45,814 nucleotides of DNA from Octopus bimaculoides. Taxonomy: Eukaryota. Position 1 is the stretch's first letter, and every line of letters starts with the position of its first letter. A program made the position numbers and the translations under genes. Below the pieces are notes generated by a model, which saw only the letters and a program-made list of their open reading frames with translations, had not been told where the DNA came from and did no database searches. The stretch covers positions 52,917,322-52,963,135 of the forward strand of contig NC_068986.1 in NCBI RefSeq assembly GCF_001194135.2, written 5' to 3'. Below are positions 22,745-34,363 of the stretch, piece after piece.

Positions 22745-23585
22745 TTGTTTTCGGACCTAGAGAAGGCATATGACTGTGTAGATAGGGATGCAATGTGGCA
22801 GGTGTTGCGGTTGTATGGAGTAGACGGTAGACTGTTGAGAGCTGTACAGAATTTTTATAGAGAAAGTAAAGCGTGCGTTAGAGTTGGTGATGATGTGAGT
22901 GAATGGTTTGATGTAAAGGTGATGTTAATATAGTGTTGTGTGATGTCTCCGTGGCTGTTTGATTTATATATGGACGGTATAAATGCTAGAACCTTTGGTA
23001 GGGAAGCCCAAATGGTGACAGAAAATGGAGAGAAAAGGCAGGTGAGTCAGTTGTTATTTGTTGATGATACATCGCTGGTGGTAGATTCGGGAGAGCAACT
23101 GAGCAGACTGGTGGCAGAGTTTGGAAGAGTGTGTGAGAGGAGGAAACTGAAAGTGAATGTAAGGTGATGAGATATTCGAGAGATGGAATGGCTGGTAAGA
23201 TGGATGTGAATATAATTGGTGAGATGTTAGAAGTGAGTGTTATTAAGTAGCTGGGATCAAATTTGACGGCGAATGGATGTTGGCTGAGGAAGTGGGATAT
23301 AGAGTGAGGAAGGGATTAAGATACTTAGTGTTGTGAAAGGTATGCTGAGAGATAAAAGATTGAGCATGAAAGTGAAAAGAGGTGTGTATGAGGGCAATGC
23401 TATATGGTGCAGAGATATGGGGGCTGTGAGAGGCGGAAAGGAGGTGACTAGATGTGTTTGAGATGAGATGTTTCAGAGCTATGATTGGTGTGACACGAAT
23501 GGCCAGGATGAAGAATGAGGTGTGAAGTCGAGCAGGAATGAGTGAAAATCTAACCAAAATGGATAGACGAAAGTTGAGGCGGTTA
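22745..23585 (+). pseudogene. RTE-clade (BovB-like) LINE reverse transcriptase fragment
   Basis: DLEKAYDCVDRDAMWQVLRLYGV, CVMSPWLFDLYMDG, QLLFVDD, FGRVCERRKLKVNV, then degenerate KYLGS and FEMRCFRAMIGVTR segments. Stops and frameshifts. Confidence 0.92.
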
Positions 23586-23604
23586 TACATATATATATGT
23601 ATGT

Positions 23605-23722
<118 letters not shown>

Positions 23723-23997
23723 ATATATATGTACATATAGCAATAAGAAAATGGAGGGGAATAGGTGGTATTCATCAACTAGCAGACATTGTATTGTGTC
23801 AATTTACCTGTTTATTTATTTACTAAAAGGACAATAATAGCAATATACAAACACATGCGTCATATTATGTCATATCAGTAATTAAACAAGGACACCGGCA
23901 GTATATTGGATAGATATTATCCCTTAGTGGGTTGGATTCACAACCCCTAACTTTCTTGGATATATATGTACATATATACATACGAGGGGTTTCTTTA

Positions 23998-24135
23998 AGT
24001 TTCCATCTACCAAATCCACTCACAAGACTTTGGTAGACCCAAGACTACAGTGGAACACACTTGCCCAAGGTGCCACGCAGTGAGACTGAACCCGGAACCA
24101 TGTGGTTGGGAGACAAACTTCTTACCACACAGGCA
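23998..24135 (-). mobile_element. SINE family A, 5' head
   Basis: Reverse complement gtggtaagaagtttgtctcccaaccacatggttccgggttcagt...gatttggtagatggaaact. Confidence 0.75.
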
Positions 24136-24147
24136 CACATATCTATA

Positions 24148-24244
<97 letters not shown>

Positions 24245-24850
24245 TCATTTGGTGAGTAATGGTTCTCGGAGCACATAACATAGAGCTATGAAGAGTAGCA
24301 TGTAAATATGCGGTCGAAAACCCTTTTTTCATAAAAAAAAGTTCAAAGAATACCTCCGACCTTTTCAATCCAAAACAGTTTCTCAACTTTTTATTTACCT
24401 ACTATTATTTATAGCTTTATGTGATGTGCATCGAAAGCTAATATTTCAAAACAAATCATTTCACGTTCTCTCGAATATTTATAAAGTTCTTTAGACGTTC
24501 ATATTATATATATACACAGACACACACAAACATGCAAACATATATATGTGAGGACGCACGCATACGTACGTATATACTTACAGGCATATATGTATGTGTG
24601 TTTTTACTCATGGGATGAGTAGAAAAAAGAAGATAATTATTTAACTCAGTAACTGTAAATGAATGTTCACTCGTAATATTTTATAAGGAAATAATACAGC
24701 GTTACTGTCACAAATGATAATGTCATTAATGACGGAAGTACATTGGAAGTGACCTACATCACCGACACTTTAATGTTCTCTAGTAGAAGATATTCAGATA
24801 ACATTTATTCAAATGCATACAAACACACGTGCGCACACGTGTGTTGTATG

Positions 24851-24903
<53 letters not shown>

Positions 24904-24929
24904 TACATACATACATACATACATACATA

Positions 24930-25262
24930 CAAGACCTGACAGAGAAAGTTGTCATGGCGATACCTGCTCAGAGGTCAACGCAAAGTTGCAGAAAGTGTAT
25001 CGAGAGGAGTGTATGAGGCGCACACAAGTGTACGTGTGGTTCAGACATTTTCAAGATGGCCAAAAAAATATCGATAGTGACATAGTGACGAATGTTCTGG
25101 GAGACTTATAACCGGAAGAACTGAGAAAAACATCACAGATATGCGTGCAGCTGTGAGAGGAAATCGTCGAATCACCAGCAGATTAGTTACGGTTCAATTC
25201 AGTCCATTATCATTGAAGATTTGGGTATCAGACGCATGTCTGCCAAGTTTGTGCCAAGAATA
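24930..25262 (+). pseudogene. Mariner transposase N-terminal (HTH) remnant
   Basis: LQKVYREECMRRTQVYVWFRHFQDG...YGSIQSIIIEDLGIRRMSAKFVPR. Confidence 0.8.
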
Positions 25263-25264
25263 TT

Positions 25265-28140
25265 TCTAGAGTTGCACAAGCGAGTTGCAAAATTCAACAT
25301 GCATGGACCTTGCAAACCAGGTTTGTGATTTGTTGAAAATGGCAAGTACATAAAACGATTTTCCAGAGATTTTTGCAACGAAACAGTTCTGGGGGATGAC
25401 GTTTACCCCACCTGTCGCCTCAGATCACCAGACAGTAGTGGCAAACATTTTGTCAAGTTTGTGAACAATGTCAGGCACGTCATGGACAACAGGATGGTAG
25501 TTCCCTACAACCTACATTTGACAATGAAGTACAACTGTCACATCAATGTTGAATTTTATGCCTCAATCAAGTCAGTGAAGTACATGCACAAGTACATTCA
25601 CAAAGGAAATGACCAAGCAACAGTTGATGTTTCTGAAGGTGGACCAGAGGGACAAGAAGAAGTCAATGACGTGAAAAGTTACTTGAATATGCTCTACGTT
25701 GGACCTTGTGAGGCGTGTTGGAGATTGTTCAAGTTTGATCTCACTAAGAGAAAACCAAGTGTACAAACATTGCAAAGTTCATCTGGAAAATCAGCAGCAA
25801 GTGGTCTTCAATCCAAATTCAACAGGGAAGAAATGCAACAATCACTTCAAGGAGTAAAATAAATTCTCACAAGATTTTTTGAAGCAAATGAAAACAATGA
25901 AAATGGTATTGCTTCACAATTGTCTATCCTTAATTTCCATAAAAGTTCACTTGGGACAACAGCAAGAAAAATGGACATTGAGAAAAAAGCCAGCTCTCAA
26001 ATAGTTCGAATGGTGTCCGTGCCTCCAATTGCAGGAGATGTTTACTATCTGCGTTTGCTGTTGACAAGAGTAACAGGCCCAACAAGCTTTGAAAAATTGA
26101 GAACATTTGATGACATCATTCAGCCCACAAACAAAGCAGCATGAATTGCTGGAGGAATGTTGGATGACAATGACGAATGGAAAAGTGCATGGAAGAAGCT
26201 GCATCGTGGAAGACTCCAAGACCATTGCGCAATTTGCTTTTGCCAATTTTGATTCTTTATGAGCCTGCAGATCCAAGAAAACTGTACGATCAATTCAAGG
26301 ATGACATGATGGAAGACATTCTGCACACTCTCAGACAAACCAACTTTTTGAAGAGGACTGCATTGCCAAAACAACTAATGATCTGCTGTGTTCTTTTGGT
26401 GTGCAATTGGAAGATTTTCGCAAAACAGCTGAAGATTTTTCTCTTCCTGCTGCTGATCATGATCAAGAAACAGAAGATGACGACGAGGAAAATTTTCTCA
26501 ACACTAATGATTCTGAAGGACAGACAGATCATTTTGACCGTCATTTCCAACAATGCAATGAGAATCAGAAATTGACCTTGGAAACAATTCAACAAATATA
26601 CAACAACAAAAGAGGGTTTTTCTTTGTGGACGCTCTAGGTGGATCTGGAAAAACATTTTTGTTGAACTCTTTGCTTCCTTTTTCAGAAAGGACAATGAAG
26701 TTGAAATTGCATCAGCTAGAATTAGTTGGCTTCATCATTGTTGCTGAATGGATCAACAGCTCATTCAACATTTGCTTACCCACTTGAAATTGATGAATGT
26801 TCAATGTGAAAAATTGGTCCAGAAAGCAAAATAGGGAAACATTTGATTGCTTCCAAATTGATCATCTGGGACGAGGGGCCAATTTTGAGAAAGGAACACC
26901 TAGACATGACAGACCACCTATTGAGAGATTTGACTCAAAATTACAAACCATTTAGTGGAAAACTACTTGTGGTAGCAGGAGACTTTCGACAAATCCTTCC
27001 AGTCACCAGAAAAGGTCATCAAGAAATCTGACTTGTGAGATCAATGCCAAGTGATGACATTCCGCAGAAACATGAGAGTTGAGCGGAACATTCTAGAAGA
27101 AGACGAATGAAACAGAGCCAGGCTCATCAATTACAGCAATTGGTTGTTGCAAATTGGGGAAGGCAAAGCTCCATTTCTTTCAGACAACACAATTCAACTG
27201 CCACAACAAATGTGTTGCTCCATTAGTTATGACGTTGTCAATTTTATTAACAATGACTTTGAAAACCACATTGGAGACCACAAATATTTTTCATCAAGAG
27301 CAGTTTTCAGCACAAAAAATGAAACAGTTGATCACATGACCAAAATGCTTCTAGAAAGAATGACATGTGAAGATGAAATTGTGAATATGTCCATTGAATC
27401 TGTAGATCCAGAAGACGCTGCAAAGTCCCAGTGTAGTTTCTCAACACCTTGAATCCACCTGGGATTCCACCACACAACTTGGTTTTGAAAAAAAACTGCA
27501 TCACCATGCTCATTAGAAATCTTGACTTGAGTGGTGGTCATTGCAATGGAATCAGATATGTGGTTACAGATGCCAAGGATCATCTAATTGTTGCAAGGAA
27601 ATTAGAGGATCCCAACTCGATTTGCTTCATTCCCAGAAATGAAATGATGGACACACAATCATGTTTCCCTTGGAGATTCAAGAGACGGCAGTTTCCTGTA
27701 AGATTGGCCTTTGCAATGACCATCAACGAATCACAGGGAAAATCTCTTGACAGGTGTGGCATCATTCTTCCCAACATTGTCTTTTGTCACGGTCAGCTTT
27801 ATGTTGCTTTGTCAAAGTGTGGGGACAATCACAACATCAGAATCTAGGCTGATCAAGAATCATTCAAAAGGTTCAACATGCCAAGTTTGACATTCACTCA
27901 AAAGGTTGTGTACACGGAAGTCTTGGAATGAAACATCAGAACCAACATTAGATCAAACAAACGAACAAAATGAAACGAAACAAATTAAAAATTTTCAGAC
28001 TTGCTCTTTGTTTCGATCACTGTTCACTGTCAACTGCAGGTCATGTGATATTCTCTGTCTGTCTTCCACAAGCAACTGCAATCCTGTTCGCAGTACAGCT
28101 AGAACGCGAGGGCTAAGTAGCCGCGAAGCGGCTACTATAT
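25265..28140 (+). mobile_element. Helitron 2: decayed Rep C-terminus + PIF1 helicase, 3' UTR and terminal hairpin
   Basis: NMHGPC, DNRMVVPYN..L..KYNCHINVE..SIKSVKYMHKYIHKG, YYLRLLL..V.GPTSFE.LRT, DALGGSGKTFLLN, IIWDE, GDFRQILPV, PPGIPPHNL, RQFPVRLAFAMTINESQGKSL, HGQLYVALS. 9-bp stem at 28116-28136. A different family from Helitron 1. Confidence 0.93.
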
Positions 28141-28143
28141 ATA

Positions 28144-29350
28144 CGAGGGGAAGTCAAAAATTATCCGCACTTTCGCTATCACATATCTTTATTATTGCCA
28201 CTCTGCCTTCTACGCATGCGTATTTATAGTTGGTACTATTGTGATCACGTGATCTAAGTTTGAGCCTGATCGCACCATTTTTTGTTCTTTCTGGTTTTAC
28301 AGTGTAAGCATGGTGGCTGCACTAGCGATGTGTACTAAAGAAGAACAAAGAGCAATGATTCAATTTTTCTGGTCGGAAGGTGTGTCATTTGCTGAAATTC
28401 ATCGGAGGCTTTTAGCACAATTGGTTAATTGTTTCAACGATCTAGGTGGCCGTGTGTGAGCATGCATTGCTACACAGCAACAAAACTTTCTTCGACTATA
28501 GGCTTAGATGTTTGGTGTGAATTGCTGGCTTCAGTTTTGCACTGTTGAACGTACGCCTCTTTTCCAGGTAGTTTTCCAGTATAGGCGCTTTTGAGTCCCA
28601 AGAAAGGATTAGCATCACCTTTTCCGCGGAAAGCTAAGTCTCGAATGTCTTCATCGCTGGCGGGCAAGGATGTTTCCACTCCATAATTTTTTTTTTTTTT
28701 TTTTTTTGGATTCTGTCTCATAATGATGGACCCACGTTTCTCCCCCTGTGACTATTCTGTTCAAAAATTCCTCGCCCTCATTGTTGCGCTTGTGCTCTGC
28801 AGTGAGCTCTCTTGGCACCCATCTTGCACAGACTTTATGGAAGCCGAGCTCATCGTGGATGATTTGATAGGCAGAACCATGACTAATCTGCAGAGAAAGA
28901 ACTACCTCATCGATGATAACTCGCCAATTCACCATTACGATCTCATGAGCTTGCTGAATCTTCTTGTCAGTAGTGGAGGTTGAAGGGCGTCCTGATCCCT
29001 CTTCATGTGCCACGCTTGTCTGGCCAGTTTTAAAATTCTCGATCCACTCATAAATACTTCTACTCGGTAGTGCACTGTCCCCGTATTGTGCTAAAAGTCT
29101 TCAATGAATTTCAGCAAATGACACACCATCCGGCCAGAGAAATCAGATCACTGCTCTTTGTTCTTTGGTGCACATTGTTAATGGAGCAGCCATGCTTATA
29201 CTGTAAAACCAGAAAGGAAAATGGCGCAATCAGGCTCAAACTTCGACCACGTCACTACAATAGTATAACTATAAGCACGCATGCGCAGAAGCCAATGTGA
29301 CAATAATACAGATATGCTATGGTGAGAGTGCAGATAATTTTTAACTTCCC

Positions 29351-29354
<4 letters not shown>
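28144..29354 (-). mobile_element. Mariner derivative with two 5' ends (about 280-bp inverted arms)
   Basis: The minus strand carries TIR plus transposase from MAAPLTMCTKEQRAV through WVPREL, TGGETWVH, SAEKVML to about 28420. 28144-28420 is an inverted second copy of TIR plus MCTKEEQRAMIQF. TA repeats on both flanks. Confidence 0.88.
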
Positions 29355-29399
<45 letters not shown>

Positions 29400-29610
29400 G
29401 AATAATAAAAAGAAAGTTGTTGGTACAGTATTATATATGAGTAGAGATAGTGTTTGGGGAGAGGGGAGAGAATTATTATTTTAATAATAATATTTGAAGC
29501 TTGAAACTCATAAACAGAGTAACTCACTGTAAACATTATTATTAAAATAATAATTCTCCCATCTCCTCAAAGGTCCATCTCTACTCATTTTATCAAATAT
29601 ATATATATTA

Positions 29611-30337
29611 CATGGAAAAATGCGAGCAAGAGAAATAATATTCTTGAGATTATAATTCTGGAAAAGTACAGGACAGGTTATTACACTTGGAAAAGTTCAT
29701 AACAAGTTATTAAATCTGGTAAAGTACAGAACAAGAAATTTTTGCTTAAAATATTGCAGCAAAGGAGAAAACTTCAAATAAAATATTTAGATTTAGAAAA
29801 TATTAGTTTTTATTAAAACTTAGAATTTTGTTGGAAGTTATTACTTCTATTTGTTATTACTTGTCACTTCTATTAAAATAATACAAAAAATTAGTGATGT
29901 ATTACAGTAAAATCTATCAATAACAACAAATTCAAAGTAAAATTTGCTTGAGGTATTGCCAAGTCTTCACTCTTGACCCAACGCCTATTTTTTACATAAT
30001 GAATTTGCCTACCATATATACTATTCTATTTTGCATAAAGCTTTAGCTATATTGGTACTTCTGGCTCTCATTTTTTAAGTATTCTAGTATGTCAATATTT
30101 TAACAAAACGATAGTACCTTTTTTAATTATAATGTTACTTTGTAAGTTAAAATCAAATAATTTTTAATATTCAAATTTAATCCTTAGCTGCAATATTTTT
30201 AGTAAACATTTTCTTGTTCTGTACTTTACCAGATGTAATAAATTTTCCTGAACTTTTCCAGTTGTAATAACCTATCCTGTACTTTACCAGGTTTATTATC
30301 TCAAGAATATTATTTCTCTTGCTAGCATTTCTCCGTG
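29611..30337. mobile_element. Non-autonomous foldback transposon, CMC/EnSpm-like termini (CATGG...CCGTG, TA flanks), ~170-bp TIRs with sub-repeats
   Basis: The arms match (gcaagagaaataatattcttgaga; ctggtaaagtacagaacaagaaa) and contain repeated ctgg(a/t)aaagtacag units. The superfamily assignment is inferred from the termini only. Confidence 0.7.
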
Positions 30338-30505
30338 TAATACATGTTTTTTTCAGGCTATGCTATTATGCTAATTAATAATGTATCAGTTAATAATTTA
30401 AGATTTTACCTTATGCTTTCTTCTATCATTTAAGCGAAGATAAATATATTTTGCTTTTAAAATAAAAAAAATTATTTCGATCTAAACATTGGAGAAGTTA
30501 CTTAC

Positions 30506-30606
30506 AGGGACCAGTCCTCTTCAAAAATGTTAACAGTTTTCAATTTGGTTAAGATCTGAATTAGCGACAAAGCTCTGAAAGATGCTGCGTGTGAGTAAAT
30601 TGCGGC
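30506..30606 (-). CDS. Candidate internal exon of an unidentified host gene (AAIYSHAASFRALSLIQILTKLKTVNIFEEDWS)
   Basis: Minus strand ttcttaag| acceptor and CT|GTAAGT donor, 101 nt, open protein-like frame in non-repetitive sequence. The plus-strand alternative is closed in all three frames. Confidence 0.4.
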
Positions 30607-30639
30607 CTTAAGAATATTATTCAACTACTACAGTAGTTG

Positions 30640-30675
<36 letters not shown>

Positions 30676-30724
30676 AAGTGTTTGAAATCCTCAGTACAGT
30701 TAGGTATGTTTGATAAAGGAAAAG

Positions 30725-30900
30725 AATGGCGTTGCTTGAGCAGGTGCACGGTGTACCACGTGACGTGATCGACGTGTCGACGTGATCACAGAGCAACATG
30801 AAGTGAAGTGTTTCGCTCAATAACACAACGCACCAATCGGTCTAGGAATTGAAATCGCGACCGCTAGATCGTGAGTGCAACTCCCTAACCACTACGCCAT
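30725..30900 (-). mobile_element. SINE family C (tRNA head + conserved central domain)
   Basis: Minus strand tggcgtagtggttaggg (A box) ... gatttcaattcc (B box) ... ttgagcgaaacacttcac; homologous to 41293-41585. Confidence 0.75.
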
Positions 30901-30957
30901 ACATACACACACACACACGCATACATACATACATACATACATACATACATACATACA

Positions 30958-30989
<32 letters not shown>

Positions 30990-31639
30990 CATACATTATT
31001 AGAAACTTGGTTGTGATAAAAAGGTAAGAAGAACAGTTTTCATGCAGATAAATTCTCTTATTTATTAATGGAAATATACAGTTTTTAAACTTCCTAGTTC
31101 CGACAATCTCCCTTCCGGTAAATAATATTCCTTTGAATTAAATTTGATGATGATTTTCCTGTTATATACAAATGAAATTGAATGTATCGGTTACATATGA
31201 TTTGTTTTATGATTTGTTCTTTGAACAACATCTGTGACCTGATGTGAAAAGATATTGTGATAACAATAGTTTCGAATCCAAGAAGCTCCTGTTTTTGCAT
31301 AGTCCTCCCGTTCCTCCGAAAATCCTCGATTCAAAGAAAGAACAGGTTATCATTTCACAAAAGTTGTCCGTAAAGTATGAGTTATTTCCTTGAGGCTATT
31401 TCGCAGAAATATAATCTGATTAAAATCGACTCTTGAAAAGCCACTTCTTTATTATTTGAATTGTAACTCTATAACAGTCCATTTCGTTCGTTAAGTTCTT
31501 TATAGAAATTGATCCTGTCATTGCGCAACAAATCCCAAATATCATCAACATCAACTTTAGATCTCAATTCCTTCGCCAATGGCACAAGGCTATAAGGGAG
31601 TAAGACTGCTCCAATTTCTATCAAATAACCTTTCTTAGC

Positions 31640-31930
31640 TACATTTTAGACAGAAATTTTTACAACGAAACATATATTTACCCTCTTCGCAGGCATATTT
31701 AAAATTTATATTGACAGCATGATCTTTTGCTGTTGTTATAATCAGTTCTTCATCTACAGTTCTTAGATAAAATAACTTCAAAACTGAAATTATGTCTTGA
31801 ATCATAGGCTGTAGCAATAAAGTTGTATCTGGTGGAATAAAAATGACTTCAACAAGTACACCTACTTGGAGTGTGTAGAAATGGCGGTGAATCATAATTC
31901 GACTTGTCACATGATTTATCGAAGAGAATT
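31640..31930 (-). pseudogene. pogo/Tigger transposase (DDE_1) fragment
   Basis: VEVIFIPPDTTLLLQPMIQDIISVLKLFYLR matches the V.FLPPNTTSL.QPMDQGII..FK..Y motif. Confidence 0.8.
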
Positions 31931-32041
31931 GACATTATATGATTTCGTTGCGATTAACTTTCAAGGCCTTTGTATAGACTAATGGCATACATATTCATTC
32001 TTCATACGTTCCGGCACATTCGAATGTGAGTATGATAATCG

Positions 32042-32082
32042 CTGTTATATTTCGTCATTGAAGAACATCTCTCTTCAGACAA
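32042..32082 (-). ncRNA. Hammerhead ribozyme-like motif (stem II degenerate)
   Basis: Minus strand UUGU-CUGAAGA-GAGAUGUUCUUCAAUGAC-GAAA-UAU-A-ACAG. Stem I 4 bp, palindromic AUAU stem III, AUA triplet. Confidence 0.5.
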
Positions 32083-32127
32083 ATGTGTCCATAACTCATT
32101 CTAATCTTAAGCGTAAGGGAACCATGG

Positions 32128-32163
32128 GATATCCGATGTTTCGACATCATAATATCTCTTCAG
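32128..32163 (-). ncRNA. Hammerhead ribozyme-like motif with canonical core
   Basis: Minus strand CUGAAGA-GAUAU-UAUG-AUGUC-GAAA-CAUC-G-GAUAU-C. Stem II 5 bp, stem III 4 of 5 bp, AUC triplet. No stem I partner is visible. Confidence 0.6.
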
Positions 32164-32189
32164 TCAAAATTAACTCAGACTCATGAATC

Positions 32190-32397
32190 TAACAAGAGGG
32201 GACAAACAAGGACAGACAAAGGAATTAAGTCGATTACATCGACCCCAGAGCGTAACTGGTACTTAATGTATTCACCCCAAAAGGATGAAAAGCAAAGTTG
32301 ACCTTGGTGGAATTTGAACTCAGAACGTAAAGGTAGACGAAATATCGCGAAGCATTTCGTCCAGCGTGCTAACGTTTCTGCTAGCTCGCCGCCTTTC
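32190..32397 (-). mobile_element. SINE family B
   Basis: Reverse complement ggcggcgagctagcagaaacgttagcacgc...ctgagttcaaattccaccaagg...gtccttgtttgtcccctc. Confidence 0.8.
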
Positions 32398-33037
32398 TAG
32401 AGGTCTAATATCATAACAACAGTCACTGAATATATTATAGTTGTGCAAGATTAGTTGTAATTAATGTATGCATAACTTTCTTAATCTAATTGAGTTAAAT
32501 GCTTTCGTTATACACAAAGGTACAGCACATACACCCACGCTAGTGCACTCACACACACACATACGTGCGGATACATATACAAACGCACACACCTACATAT
32601 ACATTTTCGCCCATATATTTTACCTATGGTAATCACAAATATGATTATTCATGAGAATATATAATCATGCATAATTATGCATTATTATGCATAGATTTAA
32701 TACATACCTATATAAATATATGTGTGTATGTGTATGATTGTATGTATGTATTTAGACACACACGCACACACATATATACACATAATATACTAAATATATA
32801 TTTATATATATACCTAATATATATATTTATATATATACCTAAAATATATATATTTATATATTATATATATGTACCTAATATTTATATATAGTTATATATA
32901 TTACGTATGTATAGTTATATATAGACATGACATGAAAATACATATGCATAAACATTTTGAAAGAAAAATACATATGTATTTATTGATCTAAACTGACAAT
33001 AATCTGCAAATATTCAACATATATGCACACACATTTA

Positions 33038-33118
<81 letters not shown>

Positions 33119-33866
33119 ATATATTTATATACATATACATATATAATTCCTTTATATATAGTTACATCTGTCCATCCATTAATCAATATACAAGCATACA
33201 TACATACATACATACATACATACATACATACATACGAACGTACATACTTATGTAGCCATGCAGAATAAAGTTTCGAACACATTTACACACAAAACGCTAA
33301 TTACACATGCAAATTCGCCCGGAACCAAAGTACTAGATATTTTCAAAAATCAAATTATTGAATATTCAAATTTTTGTAAAATGAAAGTTTTATTTCAGTA
33401 AATAATTCAAATTTTTTGGATATATGCCACATGTTATTTAAAATATATCTTTTAAAAAAATCTAAATTTAGTACAAGTGAGCACTGGTTATGGTAGATGT
33501 TTGAAAATTACTTTTAGAATGCAGTACGAAAGCATTTTCAAAATCATATATTTCGGTCTCAAGACGCTATTCATGATGTAAGCAGTTTACATATATTTGA
33601 AATGAAAATCGTTCCTGATGCGAATGAACAGCACCGTTGTGAGAAGCTTAGAATATGACAGTCGCAGCTAGACACCTTTTCTATGTACGCCTTGAAGAAT
33701 CAATGCTAGTTGATGAGTTAATATACCAACACCAGCCAAGGACAAATTGAAACTGTTACTTCAATGATGAAATCGGTCAACAACAGCACATATGATCGTT
33801 GGTTCATTGAAATGTGTTTCTAGCTACCGTTGCACAACAGCTAACTGAATTGTAAAGCGACCTATT

Positions 33867-34082
33867 CGTGAGAGTGCTGAAAAGTTTATGGCATCAAGAG
33901 TATCGCGAAAGGTTAAATTCGGGGCCCAATTTTCCGACTTCTTTTACAGGGCTTAGAAAACTGAATGACTGTTGCAATAAGTTTGTGATACTGAGAGCGA
34001 AATATGTTGAATAAAATCATAATTAACTGCTCCTCCTGTATTTTCTTTTACCCAAAGCCAGGAACTTTTCAGCAACCACTCG
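33867..34082 (-). mobile_element. Mariner-derived MITE
   Basis: TIRs cgtgagagtgctgaaaagtt / aacttttcagcaaccactcg. The body is the reverse complement of 14354-14539. Confidence 0.8.
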
Positions 34083-34269
34083 TATAGACAACCAAACTAC
34101 AAAGGACGTATTTCATTTTCAACACTGGTATGTATTGATGTGTGCTCCAAATATTCTTATACCAAACTTGTTTAATACATTTTTTATGGATAGAGTTTGT
34201 TGGCCGAAATATCAGAAATACTTTTTTAATGCAGTAAAAAGTCTTTCTTTAATTGATGCTTACCTTACC

Positions 34270-34345
34270 TTTTACTTGTTTCTGTTACTGGGCTGTGGCC
34301 ATGCTGGAGCACCGCCTTGAAAGTTGTAGTCAAGCAAATCAACTC
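34270..34345 (-). mobile_element. SINE family A, 3' tail fragment
   Basis: ttttacttgtttc...ggccatgctggagcaccgcctt. Confidence 0.65.
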
Positions 34346-34363
34346 CAGTACATATTTTAAGTC

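Noticed and set aside
3980-22773. Long ORFs of 100-376 aa in the track that span N runs (also near 35400, 40300 and 43300-44100)
   Set aside because: They stay open only because N codons cannot be stops; these are assembly-gap artefacts.
30507-30592. Plus-strand exon reading (ttacag| ... |gtgagt)
   Set aside because: All three frames contain stops.
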